Source: a bacterium
Lineage (GTDB): Bacteria > Babelota > Babeliae > Babelales > JAUWHS01
Assembly: GCA_043818275.1 (NCBI GenBank)
Contig: JBDRFY010000030.1
Location: 1-12,021 of the forward strand
DNA: 12,021 bases
Direction: 5' to 3'
The notes beneath the pieces were generated by a model. That model saw only the letters and a program-made list of their open reading frames with translations, had not been told where the DNA came from and searched no databases. This document shows positions 1 through 7,085 of this stretch, piece after piece. The position numbers and the translations under genes were made by a program. Positions within the stretch are counted from its first letter, which is position 1. The number at the start of each line of letters is the position of its first letter.

Positions 1-41
1 TTGCCAAAATCATGACTATTTTCTTTAAACTCTATTCTCAT
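1..41 (-). CDS. 5' end of an unidentified gene running off the left edge (MRIEFKENSHDFG...)
   Basis: Minus-strand ATG at 41-39, AAGGAG Shine-Dalgarno at 55-50 (8 nt upstream), open frame to window edge; only 13 codons visible. Confidence 0.55.
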   Translation of the reverse strand, partial: MRIEFKENSHDFG

Positions 42-93
42 TTTTCCTTCTCCTTTGTAAAAATTTTTCTCTTTTCTTTTTTACAAAAGTTTT

Positions 94-843
94 TTGTTTA
101 AATCAAGCGTTGGCGGCATTTTTGTTCAGAATGGTATAAGACGTGTTGATCAAGTATGTAAAATATTAGATGAAGCTCCAAAAAATGATAAATCCTTGAT
201 TATTTCAGATGAATTATATAATTCAACAGCAGAAGATGTAGCAACTGCCTTGGCTTATGGAACATATAAACTTTGGGGAAAAGATTATCCGGGCTTGATT
301 CTTTTTTCAGCTTCACATTTTTCAAAATTATCTTCATTAGTTAATGATGAAGATGTTGCTGGATTGACCAAAAATTGGAAAATTAAAGAAGCAACTTTTG
401 ATGAAAAAGGTATGCCTGTTTGGAGTCGTACAATTATGCCTGGAGTTAATGAGCAAAATATTGCAATTGATATTGCTAGACAAGCAATTTCAAATGAAGA
501 TGTATCTTTTCAGGCAGATAAGGCATTTAAAAAATTGTACGAAAAAGGTGGATTAGATCCGGATAGTGAAATTTCTAAAAAGGCACAAAAAGAGCTTAAT
601 CGATTAAAAGATAAATATAAAAAACTACGCGGAGAGAAGAAAGAGCTCTCTCAAAAAAAAGAAAGTAAAACCCGTGCTTACAGAGAATTGGAAGAAAAAC
701 ATAGAAAGCTAATAAAACAATTTAAATTTTTAAAGAAAGAATCAGCTGACATGGAAAATAAACTTACTAATTGTAGAAATGGTATATCTATTTTAGAACA
801 AGAAAATGAGGATTTGAAAAAAAAGTTGCTGAATTTAAAATAA
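94..843 (+). pseudogene. 5'-truncated MutS domain V-like (ATPase) protein fragment with C-terminal coiled coil
   Basis: SLIISDELYNST (MutS-type Walker B, LxxxDExxxGT), ATALAY helix and SASHF (cf. ATHF/ATHY), followed by a K/E-rich heptad-like tail. No Walker A in the ORF, in-frame TAA at 58-60, TTG start with no clear RBS. Confidence 0.6.
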
Positions 844-857
844 TATAATCTTTAAAT

Positions 858-885
858 AAAGAGCTCGATTTTAATCGAGCTCTTT
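858..885. terminator. Bidirectional intrinsic terminator between convergent genes
   Basis: AAAGAGCTCGATT-TT-AATCGAGCTCTTT perfect 13-bp inverted repeat between stops at 843 (+) and 898 (-). Confidence 0.85.
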
Positions 886-897
886 GCAATAAAAGAA

Positions 898-2484
898 TTA
901 CTTTTTCCACTCTTTATAATATTGATCCATAATTGTTTTAATGTTTTTTCCTATTGTTGGATATGCTTTGTCTGGTAAGTTGGCCAAAGCAATTCGAATT
1001 GACCATTTTGGTCCAGCAAAACCTTGCCCAGGCAAACAAATAGTATATTTTTCTTTTGCTAATCTGAATAAGAAATCGATAGCGGTAAAATTTTTGGTTA
1101 AGTAATTTGCAAAATTTTGGCCATATTGATCTTTTGCCATTTCACCTAAATTGAGCAAAGTATAATAATATGTGTGCTCAGGGCCTTTTTCTAATTTAAC
1201 TTTTAAGTTTTTGTAAAGATCATCTATTCGTTTTTCCAAAATTGATTGAATCGATTTTTTATATTTTTTTTGTTTATCCAATAGTTCGAACAATGAAAGG
1301 AGTGACATCATACATTGTTGTGGGCAAGAAAGTCCACCAGTGTGCGCGAGGGCAACATCGCGACTGTCCATTTCTAATCTATCAATAAATTTAATTTTTT
1401 CCGGAGTTGCCGAATCCATTTTGTAACGTTTATCTAATCGTAAAATTTCTTTTTTAGGTAAGTTTTTTATGAGTTTATCAATTACATTGTCTTCATGAAG
1501 CATTATTACACCAAGTCGCCAACCGGTTACACCAAAATATTTTGAATATGAATAAACGCAAATTGTATTTTTTGGAATAACGCCAACGATGGAATTAAAT
1601 TGTTTAGGAAATGTTGCGTACACGGTATCGGTAAGCGCAATTAAATCTTTCCTTTTTGTGCGTACTAGTTTTTCAATTTTTTCTAAAGTTTCCTTATTTA
1701 AAGCAACAGATGTTGGATTTGTTGGGTTAACAAAATACAGAGCTTTTATTTTTTTATTTTCCAACTTTTTAATTTCTGAATCAGGAATTTGCCAACCTTT
1801 TTCTTCATCCCCTTCAATATAAACTTCTACAAGTTGGTAATCGTTTAATTCCGGAATTTCCAGATAAGGCGAAAAAATTGGTGTGATAATTGCAATTGCA
1901 TCCCCTTTGTTTAAAATGCAGTTTTCTTTTAATGATTTAAATGTATAAACCATTGATGCTGTGGCACCCTCATTTGCAAAAAGCTGAAATTTTCCTTGCC
2001 TGGAAAGTTTTCCATTGAATAAAACCTGATTTAAATATTCAAAAACAATTTTTTCAGTATTTGGAAAAATTCTTGGTGGTGATGGATAAAAATCTCCAAG
2101 TGAAGCATCTGCTAATTCAAAAACAACATCATCGGGATTAAGTTTTAATTCTTTAATGCAATAGGCGATTGATTTTTTCAAAAGTGTGGTTGCGTCATTT
2201 TTCTTTTTATCTAAAAAAGTATTTAATTTTTTTGCGATTCCTTTTTTTTCAGGCCGTAATCCTAAATCTTTAATTTTTGTGTTTTTAGACGCTAGATCAG
2301 TTGCAAAAAAATTTAAAAAGCAAAAAGCTTCCCGGGTTGTTGTATTTAAAAAATTTGGATTACCTCTTCCTGCGTTTAACATTTCTTTATTTTTTTTCTT
2401 TGCTGATTTTTCGGCCATATCAATTAAAACATTTTTTAATTCAAATGGACTCATTGATGTATATTTTTCCATGTTTTTGTTCAT
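898..2484 (-). CDS. aspD: Aspartate 4-decarboxylase (bifunctional aspartate transaminase/beta-decarboxylase, PLP-dependent)
   Basis: SPFELKN, LNAGRGNPN, EGATASMVYTF, VNPTNP, SYSKYFGVTGWRLG (PLP lysine), DSRDVALAHTGGLSCPQQ. Start placed at ATG 2484 (AGGGGA RBS upstream) rather than TTG 2517. Confidence 0.92.
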   Translation of the reverse strand: MNKNMEKYTSMSPFELKNVLIDMAEKSAKKKNKEMLNAGRGNPNFLNTTTREAFCFLNFFATDLASKNTKIKDLGLRPEKKGIAKKLNTFLDKKKNDATTLLKKSIAYCIKELKLNPDDVVFELADASLGDFYPSPPRIFPNTEKIVFEYLNQVLFNGKLSRQGKFQLFANEGATASMVYTFKSLKENCILNKGDAIAIITPIFSPYLEIPELNDYQLVEVYIEGDEEKGWQIPDSEIKKLENKKIKALYFVNPTNPTSVALNKETLEKIEKLVRTKRKDLIALTDTVYATFPKQFNSIVGVIPKNTICVYSYSKYFGVTGWRLGVIMLHEDNVIDKLIKNLPKKEILRLDKRYKMDSATPEKIKFIDRLEMDSRDVALAHTGGLSCPQQCMMSLLSLFELLDKQKKYKKSIQSILEKRIDDLYKNLKVKLEKGPEHTYYYTLLNLGEMAKDQYGQNFANYLTKNFTAIDFLFRLAKEKYTICLPGQGFAGPKWSIRIALANLPDKAYPTIGKNIKTIMDQYYKEWKK

Positions 2485-2617
2485 TTTTTCCCCTTGTTTT
2501 TTATTTAAGATTTTCAATTGTTTGTTGATGCTTTTTCCTCCTTATTAATTTGATAAACCTTCTTTTTTGTTTTTTATTCTTTTGACAATTGGGAGTATGT
2601 TTGGATGTTTGTGTGAT

Positions 2618-2861
2618 AAGCCTGATAAGGGCGACATAAGTTAGCCCAGTGCAAAACGCAAAGCGTTGTAGCTCTGGGTTTAGGTATATGTAAAAAAATT
2701 AGCCCCGCTTGCGGGGCGACAGAATTATTTTTTGTAAAATTTTTTATTGTGCCGCCCCGCAAGCGGGGCTGAAACAATATTATGAATTTTATACCCAGAG
2801 CTGCAACGCTTTGCGTTTTGCACTGGGCTAACTTATGTCGCCCCTCGATAAACTCGGGACT
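2618..2861. repeat. Compound palindromic REP/REPIN-like doublet (family C)
   Basis: Outer arms 2629-2679 / 2793-2843 are reverse complements at 50/51 nt. Inner arms 2701-2721 / 2750-2770 match at 20/21 nt, each itself a GCCCCGC-NN-GCGGGGC hairpin. AT-rich spacers separate the units. Confidence 0.9.
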
Positions 2862-2984
2862 TGTCAAATTAATAAGTAAGTTTTCTTACAAATTTAAACG
2901 TAATATTTCAAATAATTAATCTTAATTGTTTGCCATGATGCTGAGCTATGTCGAATGATTGAAGGGTTTTATCGGACGATTTTC

Positions 2985-4388
2985 TTATTCTTTAACTTTC
3001 CAGCCTGGTTTTCTTAATTGAAAGATTATAAAAGGCATAGAAAGAACAATTATTGCTCCAACAACTAAAATTGTTTCATATAAATTTTCATTACCTGCTG
3101 GAAGTTGTGATGGAGGAAAGAATGCAACTATGTATCCGCATAATAATGTTACTAATCCTAATACCGTAACAAACCACATTCCAAAATTTCCACCAGGAAT
3201 TTTATATGATCTTTTAACTTTAGGTTCTTTATATCGAAGTCTAAGTCCAGCAAGCAGCATAAGCGAATACATTGTAAAATAAATTAACATTGCAATTGCA
3301 ACTGAAGTCCAAAAAGCAATATTTAAATTTGGCATTAATAAAAGTCCGCCTCCAATTAATGAAACCAGAATGGCCTGAATAATTAAAAGATTTTTTGGCG
3401 CGCCATTTTTATTTGATTTTTGAAAGTATGGTGGTAGTTCTCCATTTTTGGCGCTTGCAAATAAACCTTTAACCGGACCCATTATCCATGTATTAATGGC
3501 ACCAATTGCGCCGCCGGCAACAAGAATACCAATGAAAGGAACAATCCATTTCATGTTAAATTTTTCAAAAAAATCTCTAAATGCTTCCATTAAACCGGCA
3601 AGCAAACTAATTTCTTTTTGAGGAACTACTGTCGCAACTGAAAGAGAACCTAAGATATTTATAAGCAGTCCGATTAAAATTACAAAGAAAATTGCGATAG
3701 GATAATTACGTTTTGGATTTTCAACTTCTGCCGCATGTGATGATGATGCTTCAACACCGCAAAATGTTCTCATAAATCCAACAAGTAAAACAAGAGTTGT
3801 TATTTGACGAAAGCTGGGCAAAATTTTACTAAAACTAAATGACATATCAATTTGTGAAGGATTTCCCTGTAACCAATAAATGAACCCAAGAATTATTATT
3901 AATGTTCCCGGGAGTAATACCCCGCCTAAAAATCCAACTGAACTAATAGCAGAAGATGTTTTTTGGCCTCTTAATGCTAAAAGAGTTGTTCCCCATAAAA
4001 CAATTAATAAAACTGATAATAGAAATAATTTATTATTGGCGAGCTGTGGGGCAAAAATAAAAGCTAAAGAACCGCCTACAAAATAAAGCTGCGAAATTAT
4101 TCCAATGATCATATAACTCCACTGAAACCAGATACTTGCAAATCCAAGTCTGTCTCCGAATGCTTCGCGAACCCAGACGTAAATTCCTCCTTGTTTTGGC
4201 CAACCGGTTGCAAGTTCTGCTGCAACTAAAGCTACAGGAATAAAAAATCCGATTGCCGCGATAAGCGCAAAAAATATCATGTGCATTCCTGTTTCTGCTT
4301 CTGTTGGTAAATTTCGCACACTTATTGTAAATGCCGAAGAAATCATAATGAGTGTAAACAAACTCATTTTATTTGATCTTTTTGCCAT
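2985..4388 (-). CDS. APC-superfamily amino acid permease, GadC-like antiporter
   Basis: 467 aa, about 12 hydrophobic segments, FFIPVALVAAELATGWPKQGGIYVWVREAFG, GVEASSSHAAEVENPKRNYP and LRYKEPKVKRSYKIPGG motifs; AAGGAG RBS. Confidence 0.9.
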   Translation of the reverse strand: MAKRSNKMSLFTLIMISSAFTISVRNLPTEAETGMHMIFFALIAAIGFFIPVALVAAELATGWPKQGGIYVWVREAFGDRLGFASIWFQWSYMIIGIISQLYFVGGSLAFIFAPQLANNKLFLLSVLLIVLWGTTLLALRGQKTSSAISSVGFLGGVLLPGTLIIILGFIYWLQGNPSQIDMSFSFSKILPSFRQITTLVLLVGFMRTFCGVEASSSHAAEVENPKRNYPIAIFFVILIGLLINILGSLSVATVVPQKEISLLAGLMEAFRDFFEKFNMKWIVPFIGILVAGGAIGAINTWIMGPVKGLFASAKNGELPPYFQKSNKNGAPKNLLIIQAILVSLIGGGLLLMPNLNIAFWTSVAIAMLIYFTMYSLMLLAGLRLRYKEPKVKRSYKIPGGNFGMWFVTVLGLVTLLCGYIVAFFPPSQLPAGNENLYETILVVGAIIVLSMPFIIFQLRKPGWKVKE

Positions 4389-4483
4389 ACACCAATCTCC
4401 TTTTTTGATTTTGGATAATAAATACGATTAAAAAAGGTTATTAAATTTGAATAGCGTTTGTAAAAGGTTTTTTAATTTTAAAA

Positions 4484-4517
4484 ATAAAGACCGCCGGTTT
4501 AAACCGGCGGTCTTTAT
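4484..4517 (-). terminator. Intrinsic terminator (perfect 34-bp palindrome) downstream of the 364-aa gene
   Basis: ATAAAGACCGCCGGTTT/AAACCGGCGGTCTTTAT; on the minus strand it is followed by a U-rich run; 16 nt after the stop at 4534. Confidence 0.85.
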
Positions 4518-4533
4518 GGATTACTAATTTTGA

Positions 4534-5628
4534 TTACGCAATTTGTGTTAAACTTGCAAAAGCTTTTTCAAGTTCTGTTCTTAGATTTGTAACTTCTTCT
4601 TTTTCCCATAAAGATTTATCTTTGCGAATAAATGTTGTTTTATCAATTCTGTTGTCAAGTTTTCCGATTGGAAGATAATATTCTTTTCCGTGAGCGTTAA
4701 CAGTAATTGTATTTGGTTTTTTAGAATTTTTTGCCAACCAGTCCATATCATCACAACCGTAATCAGAAAACATAACAGATCTCGCGACTCCATGATTTAA
4801 AATTGAACCTGGATCTTTTGGATCAGCTCGTTCTTCATTTTTCCTTCGTGATTCTTCAGGTGTTACCCAAATGTAAAAAATCGATGCTTTTTCAAGTATC
4901 TGTGGACTTAATTGGGAGTAGGCATATTTATATCCATAGGGATCGGGTAATGGCATTGGCGCGCAATCAGCGCCTCCTCTTGCAAATTCAATTACAATAG
5001 TTTTTTCTTTTAAGTTTTTTGCTCTTTCAATTTCTGCGTTTTTTTCATTTAATAATTTTGCGGCATCTTTTTCTACATTTTTTTCTATTATTTTTCTGGT
5101 TTTTGAATCCAGCTTACTCAAAAGCGCTTTTCCACCCGACTTAATTCTTGCATCATCCATTCGGTCAAAAAGCCACAATGCCGCAGACTTGGGATTTTCT
5201 ATTTTTTCATTAACAAGATCATCATAATCCTTGTTAATTAATTGCATTAAAGTTCCCCACTCTCTTTGATTGCGAAATGAAAATGCCGGAGCCAAAAAAT
5301 ATTCGCCACGTTTTCCGAGGCTATTTAATGTTTCGCTAATTCTTCGCATCATGTGAACATAAGGAAAATCATCAAGTTGTACGGTTGGATTTATTCCAAA
5401 TTGTTCTTTGCATTCTTTTTCACTTAAACTGGCCAAATATTTTCGCGCTTCAGATTTTCCGGAGGCAGGAAGCGCATTTAAAAGTAAAATGTCGATAGAT
5501 TTTGCTTTTTGTATTTCCTGTCTTTGTTTAACTGTTTTTTTAAAAAAATTAATATTTTTGGAATTTAAGTTTGATAATGTTGCCATGCAAAAAAGCATCA
5601 ATAATAATTGACTGTTTTTTATGTTCAC
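4534..5628 (-). CDS. Hypothetical protein with P-loop (kinase-like) motif and signal-peptide-like N-terminus
   Basis: 364-aa ORF; ILLLNALPASGKSE Walker A-like, TIVIEFARGG Walker B-like strand, IFYIWVTPEESRRKNEER lid-like motif; hydrophobic N-terminal stretch. Confidence 0.75.
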   Translation of the reverse strand: MNIKNSQLLLMLFCMATLSNLNSKNINFFKKTVKQRQEIQKAKSIDILLLNALPASGKSEARKYLASLSEKECKEQFGINPTVQLDDFPYVHMMRRISETLNSLGKRGEYFLAPAFSFRNQREWGTLMQLINKDYDDLVNEKIENPKSAALWLFDRMDDARIKSGGKALLSKLDSKTRKIIEKNVEKDAAKLLNEKNAEIERAKNLKEKTIVIEFARGGADCAPMPLPDPYGYKYAYSQLSPQILEKASIFYIWVTPEESRRKNEERADPKDPGSILNHGVARSVMFSDYGCDDMDWLAKNSKKPNTITVNAHGKEYYLPIGKLDNRIDKTTFIRKDKSLWEKEEVTNLRTELEKAFASLTQIA

Positions 5629-5731
5629 TAACTTTTCCTTTCTTTTAAAAAATAGATAAAATAGACGTTTTAAGCGGTAATAATATATTTACTTTATGTT
5701 TTAAGCAAGGTCTTTTTTTGTGGAGATTGAA

Positions 5732-6157
5732 ATGAAAAATAATAATTTTAAAATCGAATTTTTTGATTATGTTCCAGATGATATTTCTACATTTGCGTAT
5801 GAAGAATTTAAAAAACACAATATCAAACAAATTGGTTATTTTGGAATTTTTCAATGGTGTTTTGTTGCAAAAGAGGGTGAAAAAATAATTGGCATTGCTA
5901 CTGGTAAATTAATTTTTGGTGGTTTGCATGTAAAAGATCTTGTTATTGCTTCAGAATTTAGAGGCAAAGGTATTGGCACAATGTTATTGCAAAAAGTTTT
6001 AAATTATGGAAAAGAAAATAAATGTAAGTTTGCATATTTGGAAACATTAAGTTTTCAGGCTCTGGATTTTTATAAACGCTTTGGATTTGAAGTTGATTTT
6101 GAACGTAAGGGTTATGATGAAGGAATAACTCTGTATTATTTAAGTAAGGAATTATAA
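5732..6157 (+). CDS. GNAT-family N-acetyltransferase
   Basis: LVIASEFRGKGIGTMLL acetyl-CoA motif A and LETLSFQALDFYKRFGF motif B; GGAG RBS upstream of ATG 5732 (GTG 5720 is an alternative start). Confidence 0.92.
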   Translation: MKNNNFKIEFFDYVPDDISTFAYEEFKKHNIKQIGYFGIFQWCFVAKEGEKIIGIATGKLIFGGLHVKDLVIASEFRGKGIGTMLLQKVLNYGKENKCKFAYLETLSFQALDFYKRFGFEVDFERKGYDEGITLYYLSKEL

Positions 6158-6184
6158 ACTTTTCTTGTCATCCTGAACTTGATT

Positions 6185-6429
6185 TACTACTGTCCGAAGT
6201 GTTTGAAATGCTTTTGAATAAGCATGTAATTTCCCCTCCCGTTCGCCCTGAGGAGAAATTTTGAAAAAATTTCGTCTCGAAGGGTTTTCCAAATAAAAAA
6301 TTAAATTTTATAAGGAATATCCTTCGAGACGCTCTCAAACGCTTACGCATTTCGAGCTCCTCAGGACGAACGGATTGGGAGTTAAAATATTCGATTAAAA
6401 CAATGGTTTTTAAACTTCGGACAGTTATG
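6185..6429. mobile_element. MITE-like element copy 1 (245 bp) with 9-bp target-site duplication
   Basis: Ends TACTACTGTCCGAAGT (6185-6200) and ACTTCGGACAGTTATG (6414-6429), 13/16 complementary with a 12-bp perfect core; flanked by AACTTGATT at 6176-6184 and 6430-6438; no transposase. Confidence 0.85.
6239..6373. repeat. REP-like doublet (family B variant) inside MITE copy 1
   Basis: CCGTTCGCCCTGAGGAG (6239-6255) pairs with CTCCTCAGGACGAACGG (6357-6373, 16/17); CGTCTCGAAGG (6273-6283) pairs perfectly with CCTTCGAGACG (6321-6331). Confidence 0.85.
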
Positions 6430-6533
6430 AACTTGATTCAGGATCTCTATGTGGGATTAATTAAGGCCACGAAAAAAATAAGAGTTTAAAAAAATTAGAT
6501 TTATATTAAATTAACGAGACCCTGAATCAAGCT

Positions 6534-6805
6534 TACTACTGTCCGAAGTGTTTGAAATGCTTTTGAATAAACGTAAAATTAATCCTACCCGCTCGTCCTG
6601 AGCGAAGTCGAAGGATCACGAGCGGCAAAATTGATTAAGTAAAATTATTGCTATTGTAAAAAAAATGCGATAAAAAAATTACAATTCAATAAATAGTATT
6701 CATGATTTTAACGCTCGTAATCCTTCGACCTTGCTCAGGACGAGCGGGTGGACTTAAATGAATGCATAATAGAAACAATGTTTTTCATAACTTCGGACAG
6801 TTGTG
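6534..6805. mobile_element. MITE-like element copy 2 (272 bp), no target duplication
   Basis: First 37 nt identical to copy 1 (6534-6570 = 6185-6221); right end AAACAATG...ACTTCGGACAGTTGTG resembles copy 1; TIR 14/16; flanks differ (AATCAAGCT vs GTTAGGGAC). Confidence 0.85.
6587..6749. repeat. REP-like doublet (family B) inside MITE copy 2
   Basis: Arms 6587-6624 and 6712-6749 are reverse complements at 35/38 nt (CCCGCTCGTCCTGAGCGAAGTCGAAGGAT core) around an AT-rich spacer. Confidence 0.88.
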
Positions 6806-6904
6806 GTTAGGGACGAAGGTGACTAGCCTCGGGTGAGGCGCGTTTCGCGCCATAACCCGTGGTAAGTAAAATACCAAACATTATCCGCCCCATTTTATGG
6901 GGCG
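6806..6904. repeat. Single truncated arm of a family C-like compound hairpin repeat
   Basis: Same order of parts as 2629-2721: GGGACGA..TAGCC, a long stem (6826-6863, with GGCGCG-TTT-CGCGCC at the tip), AT-rich spacer, then hairpin CGCCCCAT-TTT-ATGGGGCG (6886-6904). Confidence 0.6.
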
Positions 6905-7007
6905 ATGGGATTCATAAATTTTGTTAATTTTTAATTTCCTGATTTGATTACAAATAAACTTGTCAAAGTAAGTATGCTACAAATAAAATTTGACTAAAAA
7001 TCAAGAA

Positions 7008-7055
7008 CCGCCTACTTTTGTATTTCTATGTATTAGAGAGTAGGCGGCTTTTTTT
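7008..7055 (+). terminator. Intrinsic terminator-like hairpin upstream of murF
   Basis: CCGCCTACT (7008-7016) / AGTAGGCGG (7039-7047) followed by CTTTTTTT; loop unusually long. Confidence 0.55.
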
Positions 7056-7085
7056 CTTACAGCTTAAAATAAAATAAATAAAAAT

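Larger units (their letters stand above)
6166..6533. repeat. Host palindromic doublet (family A), both arms interrupted
   Basis: Removing the insert and one target copy restores TGTCATCCTGAACTTGATTCAGGATCTC (6166-6184 + 6439-6447). Mirror arm GAGACCCTGAATCAAGCT at 6516-6533 matches its reverse complement at 16/18 nt. Confidence 0.8.

Noticed and set aside
2535..2546. Strong AAGGAGG Shine-Dalgarno on the minus strand upstream of aspD
   Set aside because: No start codon at a usable spacing (TTG 2517 is about 19 nt away); ATG 2484 has its own RBS.
2574..2867. 97-aa minus-strand ORF
   Set aside because: Coincides with the compound palindrome, TTG start, no recognisable protein features; open frame likely a by-product of the GC-rich repeat.
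1589..5854. Short ORFs 1589-1822, 2186-2548, 2301-2528, 3880-4086, 4581-4793, 4803-5000, 5408-5611, 5645-5854
   Set aside because: Antisense or alternate-frame shadows of well-supported genes with no independent evidence.
6168..6350. 60-aa minus-strand ORF
   Set aside because: Lies across MITE copy 1 and its host repeat; no transposase motifs or clear RBS.
6184..6570. 38-nt exact direct repeat as a possible CRISPR repeat
   Set aside because: Only two copies, separated by 311 nt, no cas genes; explained as left ends of two TIR elements.
6806..6910. Multi-hairpin GC-rich stretch as a tRNA or riboswitch
   Set aside because: No cloverleaf, T-loop or recognisable aptamer; architecture matches the repeat arm at 2629-2721.
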